From positions 1 to 64,000 of IMG/VR virus record IMGVR_UViG_3300035698_018317: DNA of 64,000 nucleotides. The stretch is one strand, 5' to 3'. Below, piece by piece: positions 7,869 through 16,690 of this stretch. The notes beneath the pieces are model-generated. The model was given only the letters and a program-made list of their open reading frames with translations, ran no database searches and had not been told where the DNA came from. Each line of letters starts with the position of its first letter. The stretch's first letter is position 1. The position numbers were made by a program, and so were the translations under genes.

Positions 7869-8078
7869 TTACGACACTTTGTTGATAGCATCTTTCCACG
7901 ACGCAAACCACAGAGCATCTTCAAACGCTTCTTCCCAACCATTACTGCGGCTCCCATCGGGAAAAAACATCTCGCTATAATACTTATTCCCTTGGACTAA
8001 GACGTACCTAGGATATTCTTCTGGACCTACACGTTTAATTATTTTTTGTTTAGCAAATTCTGGGTTGTATTCATTCAT
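7869..8078 (-). CDS. Hypothetical protein, paralog of 8071-8307
   Basis: Shared KRVGPE..PRYVL.QG.KYY and AF.DALWF segments. Confidence 0.65.
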   Translation of the reverse strand: MNEYNPEFAKQKIIKRVGPEEYPRYVLVQGNKYYSEMFFPDGSRSNGWEEAFEDALWFASWKDAINKVS

Positions 8079-8307
8079 TTTTGTTTTTCTTAAAGAAGTT
8101 TCGATTAAAGTATGATTCTCCACCAGCTAGCGTTTCAAACCACAATGCGTCTGGAAACGCTCCAAACTCACCATCGGCACAATAATACTTACCTCCTTGA
8201 GCCAAGACGTACCTTGGAAATTTTTCTGGACCTACACGTTTAATAGTGATATCAAAATTATCACGAATCCATTCTTTCCATAATTTCAAACTCTTATATT
8301 CTTTCAT
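8071..8307 (-). CDS. Hypothetical protein, paralog of 7869-8078
   Basis: GAAAGG SD; starts just past the end of CRISPR array 1. Confidence 0.65.
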   Translation of the reverse strand: MKEYKSLKLWKEWIRDNFDITIKRVGPEKFPRYVLAQGGKYYCADGEFGAFPDALWFETLAGGESYFNRNFFKKNKNE

Positions 8308-8333
8308 TTTATTACCTTTCAAAATATCCTAGT

Positions 8334-8973
8334 CAAACACCCCTACGCATGTAGGGAAAACCTCGGACGACGCTGTTTATGGCGGACCCTCCGTAGGGAC
8401 ACCCCTACGCATGTAGGGAAAACGACCTGCTTGAACGCTTGGAAATTTCTGGTACAGGGACACCCCTACGCATGTAGGGAAAACAAATAAAACAATCAGG
8501 AGACAAAGAGTTGGCTAAGGGACACCCCTACGCATGTAGGGAAAACGCTCTGTAAGCTGTCGTAAGGAAGACTCAGTGGGGACACCCCTACGCATGTAGG
8601 GAAAACTTAGAACTTTCTATGTTGCCGTTAGAACCCTCAATGGGGACACCCCTACGCATGTAGGGAACACGCTGCTGATTTGGCAACATTCAGAGCAGAT
8701 GAAGGGACACCCCTACGTTGTAGGGAAAAATTAAACAATCGTTTTTTCAACAGAAAACCCATTGGTACACCCCTACGCATATGTAGGGAAAACATAAAAA
8801 GAGGAGAAATAAAACGAGAACACTGGGTACACCCCTACGAATGTAGGGAACCTATCGTTGCGATACTCAGACGTGGTATTCCTTGGGGACACCCCTACGC
8901 ATGGTAGGGAAAATGGCCAAGTGGTTCACCGTGGCCAACCATGAACCGGGAACACCCTTACATGTAGGGATAC
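8334..8973 (-). CRISPR. CRISPR array 1: 11 repeats, 10 spacers, type I-E
   Basis: 28-nt repeat GTTTTCCCTACATGCGTAGGGGTGTCCC (minus sense). Plus-strand repeat starts at 8334, 8396, 8457, 8519, 8579, 8643, 8704, 8764, 8826, 8886 and 8948; spacers 32-36 nt. Confidence 0.97.
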
Positions 8974-8975
8974 AA

Positions 8976-9545
8976 TCATCGGCTTAACAGCAACATTCCA
9001 AATCCAAAAGATTTACCTTTGCCTATACCTTTTTTAATGGTTTGAGAGAAATCTTCTGTAGAAGTTATTTTTAACTTACCTTTGAAAACAACTTTGTTAT
9101 GTGTTTGTTTACCTATTTTGTCTTTGAATTGTATTGATGATGGTTGTCCTATATTAAGACCACATATAGTAAACCCATGCTGTTTACCTTTTCTCACAAT
9201 CCAACGCACTAAATCTTTTTCTTCAGTAATAGCTCTATATTTTTTATTTTGTTTAACAACAGGATTTGCTGTTAATACAAAATTAAATATTTTTCCGTCC
9301 TTTACACCGACATCAAATTGTTTAACATCTGCGTGGAACTTTTTATCTGACCAATTAGGTTTTGTTTCAGACTGTACCAAAACAGAGTCATCACAAACAA
9401 CATATAGGACATTATGGTTCTGTCTAGCCATTCCTTTTTCATCGGGGAATCCAGACATTACGGTTCTATGTATTTGATAATTTGATGCAATAAGTCTATA
9501 ACATTCTGGGGTTGGTTTAAATTTTAATTTTGATAAGAACATCAT
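8976..9545 (-). CDS. cas6e: Type I-E crRNA endonuclease Cas6e
   Basis: YQIHRTV, VLVQS, F.LTANP and C-terminal G-loop GIGKGKSFGFG. Confidence 0.93.
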   Translation of the reverse strand: MMFLSKLKFKPTPECYRLIASNYQIHRTVMSGFPDEKGMARQNHNVLYVVCDDSVLVQSETKPNWSDKKFHADVKQFDVGVKDGKIFNFVLTANPVVKQNKKYRAITEEKDLVRWIVRKGKQHGFTICGLNIGQPSSIQFKDKIGKQTHNKVVFKGKLKITSTEDFSQTIKKGIGKGKSFGFGMLLLSR

Positions 9546-10162
9546 TCTCCTTTACCAAAGTCAACATGAACAGATTGGATGTTTCTAGCCCCATATACTT
9601 TATCTGATATAGGAACATCCTCAACTCGTTCGCTGTCTATTGTTTTTTCATTAGTTTCTACAATAAATCTAACAACATTTTTTGCAGGTAGTTGTTTAAG
9701 AGCATCAAATGGGTTTTCATCATTTGTGACTTTAGAGATAATTGGTGTCGTAATAGGACATGCCAACCTTCCCATATAAAGATGATAACATGGATGGTTT
9801 AAGCCTTCAGTTATTTCATCCACGAGTATGTCATCGCCTGTCAATGCGACAGTGAATTGACTATCGGAAGAGAGGTAATATCTCCATGTTTGAACACTTT
9901 GTTTCCCTTTTCCAATCAATTTAACGAAATTACCAGCATTTTGGTAGTCGCATTCTTTTACACCTTGATTATCAACTCGCACCGCCATTCGAAGGCTAAG
10001 AAGTTCCTTAGCCTTCGAATGGTTAGAACGGATTCCCATAGCGGATTTAATTAAGCCTAGTATTCCGCTATAAGTTGGTTCATTGCGAGTTTCTCGATAA
10101 ACATGCTTGCTGCTATCGCCCCAACTCTGCATACCTTTAAGTGTTAATATAATGGTTTTCAT
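9542..10162 (-). CDS. cas5e: Type I-E Cas5
   Basis: MQSWG, EPTYSGILGLI and LYMGRLACP; start moved to 10162 (AAGGGA SD). Confidence 0.93.
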   Translation of the reverse strand: MKTIILTLKGMQSWGDSSKHVYRETRNEPTYSGILGLIKSAMGIRSNHSKAKELLSLRMAVRVDNQGVKECDYQNAGNFVKLIGKGKQSVQTWRYYLSSDSQFTVALTGDDILVDEITEGLNHPCYHLYMGRLACPITTPIISKVTNDENPFDALKQLPAKNVVRFIVETNEKTIDSERVEDVPISDKVYGARNIQSVHVDFGKGE

Positions 10163-10166
10163 TTTT

Positions 10167-11267
10167 TTATCCCTTAAGAGTATCCACAACTTTTTCGCAT
10201 ACTTCTTGTAAGGACATCTTGCCGTCAATATCCTTTAAGGAGCATACAAACGTGTGAGAAGGTTTATTTCCAAAAGTTTCTTCTACTGCTTGTCGATATT
10301 CGAAGAAGTTACGGATAGCCACATCAGTAAGGCTTTCTTTATCTTTATGATTGGGAACTACTGGAGTCTCAAAAGCGTTCACATCGCTATTTGGTTGAGT
10401 ATCCAAAATGTCCACAACCACAAGGGCAGGCACAACATTATTGGCAAATGTATTAGCTTTTCCTTTTGGTACGTCCATAGCGAATGCTGAAATGAATTCA
10501 GCACATGCCTCTGCTGTAAGATTGGCGTCATCAAGATTTTCCATAAGTTTATCAACGCAAATTGAAGCATATTGATAATAGCAGGAAGAATTAAACGACA
10601 ATGAGCCAAGGTGACCAGCCCCAGTGGTATCCTCTTCCCCAGAGTCAATCTTAAGGTCATCTATTGCTGTAAAATAATCAAATTCTTCAGCAAGGGCATT
10701 CACACCCATTGCATGGGCGACCTGTACAGCGGCATAAACTTCATGGGTTTTGACGGTAGCTTGCATTCTTCCGAACATGGCAACATCGACAGTGATGCCA
10801 ATAGGTTTCCCATGAAGTATTTTCTTGATATTCTTGATATCAAAATCGTCTTCCTTCATTGCCACAACAACTCTGTCAATAATGCTATCAATTTCTTTAT
10901 CAGACGTAAAAATCAAACAGGATGTAAGGTTTTCTTTTCCTTTTTTACTATTTCTCTTCTTGTCGAAAACTGTGTTAACGATAGCATTGGCAATATTAAC
11001 ACGAGTTTTTTCATCTTCTACAAAATCCAACTTGTTGATGATTCGTTTAAGAATCATCTGTGTTCGAATTCCGTGATAAGCATGAACTTTTTCAGCGTCC
11101 ATGTTCTCATGCCAGAATTCACGAACCATTCTCTTAAGACATTGGCTAGAAATTCTGGAGCGGCGGGAGCCACCAAATACACAATCTTTTTGTTCTCCAC
11201 TATCATCCGCATTAGGTCTAGACACGGGGTAGTTCTTCAATAATCCAATCTTTACAAATTTTGACAT
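10167..11267 (-). CDS. cas7e: Type I-E backbone subunit Cas7
   Basis: NADDSGEQKDCVFGG.RRSRISSQCLKR, DVAMFGRM, VQVAHA and DYFTAIDD. Confidence 0.95.
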   Translation of the reverse strand: MSKFVKIGLLKNYPVSRPNADDSGEQKDCVFGGSRRSRISSQCLKRMVREFWHENMDAEKVHAYHGIRTQMILKRIINKLDFVEDEKTRVNIANAIVNTVFDKKRNSKKGKENLTSCLIFTSDKEIDSIIDRVVVAMKEDDFDIKNIKKILHGKPIGITVDVAMFGRMQATVKTHEVYAAVQVAHAMGVNALAEEFDYFTAIDDLKIDSGEEDTTGAGHLGSLSFNSSCYYQYASICVDKLMENLDDANLTAEACAEFISAFAMDVPKGKANTFANNVVPALVVVDILDTQPNSDVNAFETPVVPNHKDKESLTDVAIRNFFEYRQAVEETFGNKPSHTFVCSLKDIDGKMSLQEVCEKVVDTLKG

Positions 11268-11284
11268 TTTTTTAATTCCTTCTG

Positions 11285-11815
11285 TTATGCCATTTCTGGC
11301 GAGTTAATTTTTTCTTTTTTTGATTCTACTTTTTTTACTGGTTGTTCCCAAAAATCTTTTGAGAATTTGTTTTGAACCCACATATCATCTTCTTTCCACC
11401 ATGTTAATCCTTGTAACAAATCAGCCCAATTAATCGGAATTCTTTTAGCTGCTGATAATCGTATCAGTGTTCCAAGATGTTGGAATACTGGGATTTCTTC
11501 TGTAGCATCTAGGAAAGAAAGAAATTTCCTATTCATTCCTTCTTCGCTATATTCCTTAATTAATGGTTTAATACTTTTACCAAATGATTTTGTGTCTGTA
11601 TGACGTGGGTTGATTGCGAATAAGCGTGCTGTATGAATGAAACAGAGATTACTCCAAGATTCATTTTGTGTTGGAAGGTATGGGTAAATATACCTACCAA
11701 TTTGAAACAGCTTAGTTGGGTTACTTTTCTTAAATTTTGACAATATAGCTGGGCCTCTTTTGCTTTTTGTCAATTTAACTAAATGGTCTATAAAATTGTC
11801 TATTCTTTTATTCAT
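11285..11815 (-). CDS. cse2: Type I-E small subunit Cas11 (Cse2)
   Basis: Lies between cas8e and cas7; helical, with INWADLL and KDFW motifs. Confidence 0.88.
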   Translation of the reverse strand: MNKRIDNFIDHLVKLTKSKRGPAILSKFKKSNPTKLFQIGRYIYPYLPTQNESWSNLCFIHTARLFAINPRHTDTKSFGKSIKPLIKEYSEEGMNRKFLSFLDATEEIPVFQHLGTLIRLSAAKRIPINWADLLQGLTWWKEDDMWVQNKFSKDFWEQPVKKVESKKEKINSPEMA

Positions 11816-13232
11816 TTTTCTTTCCTTTATTAAACAGGATGATTTCGAAACTTTTTAAATTTCCTTTTTGGTACAAGTATTCTAACACATTTTTTCGGCT
11901 CCCACTCATTAACTTTCTTGTTTCGTTCATGAATAATTTGTGGGCCACTTCTCTTATTTTTTTCACAAAAGATATTTTTGCTTCTACTGTCTTTTGAGAC
12001 ATGAATTCTAGAAATAAGGTGTTAGCTTCGCTCCAGAATAAAACTTTAACTTGTTCTGGACTTTCTAAAGTAAATTGTTTATAGAGACGATAAACAAAAC
12101 TTCTCAGGTGAACTCCTACACGATTAGCTTCTTCAACAACTTGACATATAATTTCCTGAATATCATCATTTTTGATACAGTCGGTTGAAAGAGGTAGTAC
12201 ATCTTCTGAAATCATTTTATATTTGGTTAATTTATCATCCATATAAAATCCATATGATTGATATCCAAAATCAATCATATCATCGAAGATGTCTAAGTTT
12301 TCATTGTTTGCAAAAACATACTCACCGTCTGCAACTCCAGCCTTGACAGAAATCACAAAGGATTTGAAATTATTCCATAAATGTTCAGCATGGGAAAAAC
12401 GGAGAGGTTTATACCCATCTTTGGTGTTTTTGTATACTACGAATGGGTCACGTAATCCTTCAATCGGTTCATTACCCTTATCCCAATACATATAGGAAAA
12501 AGTTCCATTGTCATTAGGAAGTAATTTGATGCTTCTGGAGCAACGAGTCAAATATTGCATATATCCACGGACTTTGTTATCATTTAATACCGGGGACTCA
12601 TCCTCCCAAACGGGACTATCTTCTTCTGTCTGCGGAATGTTAAGATTTTCATCTAAAGGATGGGCATTAAGCATAAATGTTTGGAATAAATTCTTTCCAG
12701 TAAGAAGAACGGGCATTCCACGTTGGCTAGACGCATGAAAAGTAGAACGATGTTCGCCAAGTCCTTTGCCAGTATTTAAGGCAAAAGATTGAAGTGTCAT
12801 CAATTGAATAGCTACATCTTCAGCTTGAACAGACGTAGTTTTGATAAAATTTCTTGATGACCATGATGCATCGGCATCTGTTAAAAAATTAAGTCTATTA
12901 ACAGATTCCTTTTTCTTTGTTTGAAGTTTGGGGTCTTGTAGGAAAGGCTTTTTGGTGTCTAGTAAATCAAAGCAAAAAGAGTTCAAATAATTGGTGGTTG
13001 ATTTATCAAAACAACCTTTTTCCCAAAGTGCTTTCCACTCTTCCTCATTGTTCAATCCGTAAGCTCTATAAAGAACGGGCAGGAACATCCTAGTGAAGGC
13101 CAAATTTTGAAGAGGCTGAGAAAATGCCGTAGATTCAATTTCGTGAGCATGTTCAAAGACGGAGATAAGGTTATGGCTTCCTTGTAACGTTGAAATCCAA
13201 TTTTCAGTTTTTAAGTCGTATGATGTCGTCAT
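11808..13232 (-). CDS. cas8e: Type I-E large subunit Cas8e (Cse1)
   Basis: YDL..ENWI, PLQNLAF.R, EEEW..LWEKG and FDL....PFLQ; GAAAGGAA SD gives a start at 13232. Confidence 0.9.
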   Translation of the reverse strand: MTTSYDLKTENWISTLQGSHNLISVFEHAHEIESTAFSQPLQNLAFTRMFLPVLYRAYGLNNEEEWKALWEKGCFDKSTTNYLNSFCFDLLDTKKPFLQDPKLQTKKKESVNRLNFLTDADASWSSRNFIKTTSVQAEDVAIQLMTLQSFALNTGKGLGEHRSTFHASSQRGMPVLLTGKNLFQTFMLNAHPLDENLNIPQTEEDSPVWEDESPVLNDNKVRGYMQYLTRCSRSIKLLPNDNGTFSYMYWDKGNEPIEGLRDPFVVYKNTKDGYKPLRFSHAEHLWNNFKSFVISVKAGVADGEYVFANNENLDIFDDMIDFGYQSYGFYMDDKLTKYKMISEDVLPLSTDCIKNDDIQEIICQVVEEANRVGVHLRSFVYRLYKQFTLESPEQVKVLFWSEANTLFLEFMSQKTVEAKISFVKKIREVAHKLFMNETRKLMSGSRKNVLEYLYQKGNLKSFEIILFNKGKKNE

Positions 13233-13265
13233 GTTATTTCCTTTCTTAATTATCATCATGTCAAG

Positions 13266-13294
13266 AATATACAGTATGATAAAATAAAAAGCAA
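13266..13294 (-). promoter_or_regulatory. Sigma70-like promoter for the cascade operon
   Basis: Minus strand TTGCTT-17 nt-TATATT between array 2 and cas8e. Confidence 0.5.
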
Positions 13295-13341
13295 GAGAAA
13301 TCCCATATTGTTTTTATTTGAAAAACATATTTTTTAGAAAC

Positions 13342-13740
13342 TTAACACCCCTACGAATGTAGGGAAAACAAAAAAAAGAAGAAGGAATTTCTCCCACGAT
13401 AAGGGACACCCCTACGTTTGTAGGGAAAACTTCTCTAAAAATTTACGAGCATCAGCAACTAGCGGGACACCCCTACGCATGTAGGGAAAACCAGCCGCAG
13501 AGAGATTCCAGAGCGTTCAGTTAGGGGCACCCCTACGCATGTAGGGAAAACGCTAGGTCAGTTCTTCGGGGCCACGTCGCACGAAAGGAACACCCCTACG
13601 TATGTAGGGAAAACCTTTCTGAGTTGCAGATTCGGTCGTGACAACGTTAGGGACACCCCTACGCATGTAGGGAAAACAAGCAATAGATAAAGCATTGAGC
13701 GAAGCTCAATGAGGGACACCCCTACGCATGTAGGGAAAAC
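13342..13740 (-). CRISPR. CRISPR array 2: 7 repeats, 6 spacers, between cas3 and cas8e
   Basis: Same repeat as array 1. Plus-strand starts at 13342, 13403, 13464, 13524, 13587, 13650 and 13713; spacers 32-35 nt. Confidence 0.97.
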
Positions 13741-13773
13741 TATAACATTTAGTAGTAGAGTAATATGTTGTGT

Positions 13774-16368
13774 TTAGTATTTTTTTAGTCTTTTGAGTTG
13801 TAGTCCATTTTCTAAATCATATTTGGCTTCGAAATTTGCTCGTTTTAAATAATTATTTTCATCTAGAATCAAAAGTCCGCAATATCTAAGTGGTGTGCGT
13901 TCCCACTCTTCTCGTATTGTTTTTTGGAAATAATTAAAGTAAGGGTTTCCAATAATTGGACATTGACTTTTTTGTAATAGTTCTATTTCTTTTTTATTTG
14001 GTATTTTTGTTAAATCGGGTGCAAGTATTTTCCTTTTTGGGTCTAAGTACCACCTTTTATCCCCTTGTTTATAGAATAAAATGACCACTTTCATTGCTGA
14101 AACAATATTTCTAGTGGATAGTTTATTCTCTTTTTCTTGTTTCTTAGAAGGATTTATGTTTAAATCATTATCTTCTTTTAAAACTATACTATTTGCTAAG
14201 TTTTCTTCTTTAACTTCTTTTTTTTCTAATTTGTCATGAGCTTTATTATAAGTTTCTTGTTCTTTTTTTGTAAGTTTTTCAAATGGTTTATACACATATT
14301 CAATTAATTCTTCAACCATATCTGGGATTTTTAATTGGGTCTTATTATGCAGTATATCATAAGTTCTTTGCATAGTATAAGAATCATAGACATAATTTTC
14401 TAGCACACCATCTTCATCGAATTCATAAACGACCCCTATTCTTGGAGAACGAAGCCCTAATGGTCGATTTATGATAAAGCGATGATTCCTGCCGCCTCGT
14501 TGTAACAATAAGTCAATTGGGCATAGAAATGTTAACATATAATCGAAATCTACATTAAGACTTTGTTCTATTATCTGAGTTCCTACTAAAATGGATATGA
14601 AAGGTCTTTTAGTACCATCTTTTCCATAATCACTAAGAACTTCTTGTGTTAATTTATCTTTATCTTCATCTCTAAATCGTGCATGAATTAATTTACGATG
14701 AATATCTGGGACCATTTTAGCTAGTAATTTATTTATTCTTTGTGCTTGTTTCACTGTGTTACAGACAATAGCTAGACATCCTCCATTTTTTATTTTTTTC
14801 AGAACATGTCCCAATAATTCATAATATTGTTGAACTACAATACCATTTTTTATTTTAAAATTAGGGTTTATATAAAAATGGTCTAATTTAATTGTTTTAG
14901 TTTTTTCAGGAGGTAATTTTTTAACAATTGTTTTATTTCCAGAAACTACACATACCCTAGGGTATGGAACGTCTTCTTTTAATTCGCCACCATAAGCTTC
15001 AACAAATTCTTTTTTCATTTGTTTTGTTAAGGTGGCAGATAGCATAATGACTGAACATCTTAGATTTTTAAGTTCTTTTAACAATCTTTTAATTAAGACT
15101 TGCATATAAGTGTCATAAGCGTGTATTTCATCAAAAATTACTACTTTATTTACTAGTCCATATAAACGGAGGAAGAAGTATTTTACAGGGACGACACCAA
15201 ACAGAGCTTGGTCTATTGTGCTATCACCAAACTGTGAGAAAAACTTACGCTTTCCACTATTGAACCATTCAAATGGGGAGACAGTATCTTTTGTGTCTAT
15301 TTTTTTATACCATTCATGAGCATTAGCATTGCCATGTCCTATTTGGAAATTTGCCTCTCCATCTGTTATATTTTCTAAATAGTTAACTGTTCTATCTACC
15401 ATGGCATTTGTAGTTGCTTGAGTTGGCATAAGAATATGCATCCCACGATGTCCAACATTTGTCATTAACTTATCTGAGGCATAGAAGCCCACTTCTGTCT
15501 TTCCCTGCCCCGTACTCATTTCGACAATCAAAAGAGATGGTTCTTTTAACTTATCTGCAATTTCTATAATTGTTTTTTGTGATTCATATGGAGTTATATT
15601 CGGGAACATTTCCTCAAAGCTTAAATCTTTAATAGGACATAAATCCATTTTGATATTATCTAATGCAAATTTAGCCTTTTGAGGAAGGTCTTTTACATAT
15701 TCTTGCCATGTTGTTTCTTCCCCTGCAAAGGGGAAGAAATTTTCATCGGAAGCAATCCAATCGGAGAGAGAAAGTAATCCTGAAAAGAAGAAATAAAAGT
15801 GTTGAGGCAACTTTGCTTTCTTCCATATTTTTGACGGAATTGGGAACACCTTTTGAATCACATCTATTGCTAATTCTTGTTGTTCTTTCCACTTATCATC
15901 TTTTAAACATTTAAAGAAAAATCTTCCATCTTGTTTTCTAGGTTTTGGGAGAACTGAGTATCGCCCATGATGACCACCAAGAAGGGAACAAAGTGTATCA
16001 GGCAATTTTCCATTCATTATTTGTTTAGAAAATACTTCATGTCGGAAATGTGGTTTGTTCTTTCCATCTAGACCAAAAAAGTTATACCCATCATCTTGTA
16101 ACGGCTTATAAGCTTCAGATTGAATAGCAAAATTTGGTGTTATTTTACCAATATCATGATATGGAACTATTCCAACTACAAATTGTATTGCTTCATCTTT
16201 AGTTAATCCCAATGAATTAGCCATATATTCTAATTCTTCATCAGGCAGTATCCTAAGAAGAATTTCTTTAGCAATAAAACCCGAATCTAACATATGAAAT
16301 AAAGCAGGATGTGTTTTCTTTGTTGCTCTGTCAAATTTACCCCAAATTTTATAATCTATTTTATTCAT
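13774..16368 (-). CDS. cas3: Cas3 HD nuclease-helicase
   Basis: HDIGK, HHG, SDWIASD, STGQGKTE, DEIH, SATL and QRGGR.HR; start at 16368 overlaps the upstream stop (TGATG). Confidence 0.95.
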   Translation of the reverse strand: MNKIDYKIWGKFDRATKKTHPALFHMLDSGFIAKEILLRILPDEELEYMANSLGLTKDEAIQFVVGIVPYHDIGKITPNFAIQSEAYKPLQDDGYNFFGLDGKNKPHFRHEVFSKQIMNGKLPDTLCSLLGGHHGRYSVLPKPRKQDGRFFFKCLKDDKWKEQQELAIDVIQKVFPIPSKIWKKAKLPQHFYFFFSGLLSLSDWIASDENFFPFAGEETTWQEYVKDLPQKAKFALDNIKMDLCPIKDLSFEEMFPNITPYESQKTIIEIADKLKEPSLLIVEMSTGQGKTEVGFYASDKLMTNVGHRGMHILMPTQATTNAMVDRTVNYLENITDGEANFQIGHGNANAHEWYKKIDTKDTVSPFEWFNSGKRKFFSQFGDSTIDQALFGVVPVKYFFLRLYGLVNKVVIFDEIHAYDTYMQVLIKRLLKELKNLRCSVIMLSATLTKQMKKEFVEAYGGELKEDVPYPRVCVVSGNKTIVKKLPPEKTKTIKLDHFYINPNFKIKNGIVVQQYYELLGHVLKKIKNGGCLAIVCNTVKQAQRINKLLAKMVPDIHRKLIHARFRDEDKDKLTQEVLSDYGKDGTKRPFISILVGTQIIEQSLNVDFDYMLTFLCPIDLLLQRGGRNHRFIINRPLGLRSPRIGVVYEFDEDGVLENYVYDSYTMQRTYDILHNKTQLKIPDMVEELIEYVYKPFEKLTKKEQETYNKAHDKLEKKEVKEENLANSIVLKEDNDLNINPSKKQEKENKLSTRNIVSAMKVVILFYKQGDKRWYLDPKRKILAPDLTKIPNKKEIELLQKSQCPIIGNPYFNYFQKTIREEWERTPLRYCGLLILDENNYLKRANFEAKYDLENGLQLKRLKKY

Positions 16369-16685
16369 CACCCACCAATGCCCATGTTGTTCTTGTAAGG
16401 CCATATGATACGGCCAGATTGTAAGATATCCCACACCATTTTTTTCCATACTTTTCTTATATGGATATGAAATTCTTCAGATGTTACTAATTTTTTTTCA
16501 ATAAGTTGGAATCCCAATTCAGAATCATCAACACCCATTCTATTAAGAGCTTCCCACAAATATCCTACTATTTTATCAACTGTTCTATATTTCTTTCTAA
16601 TATCTTTATCATGCATTGCGACTTCTGCATGTTCGAATATTAGTTCGGCTGCTTCGCACACACGTTCTGATAATTCTGTACACAT
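16368..16685 (-). CDS. Small helical protein whose stop overlaps the cas3 start; paralog of 16691-16981
   Basis: Starts MCTELSERVCEAAELIFEH. Confidence 0.75.
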   Translation of the reverse strand: MCTELSERVCEAAELIFEHAEVAMHDKDIRKKYRTVDKIVGYLWEALNRMGVDDSELGFQLIEKKLVTSEEFHIHIRKVWKKMVWDILQSGRIIWPYKNNMGIGG

Positions 16686-16690
16686 TTATT

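Noticed and set aside
8680-8907. 75-aa plus-strand ORF in the ORF track
   Set aside because: It lies across CRISPR repeats (GTPLR repeats) and is a by-product of the array.
13370-13402. Terminal spacer of array 2 as a self-regulatory crRNA against the cas8e promoter
   Set aside because: Aligned with 13270-13310 it matches only TGGGA and a T-rich tail; the seed is mismatched.
8334-13740. Self-targeting spacers within the window
   Set aside because: None found by eye; a computational search is needed, so no claim is made either way.
13741-13773. The 33-nt gap between the cas3 stop and array 2 equals a spacer length
   Set aside because: No repeat remnant is visible at the cas3 end, so it is treated as coincidence.
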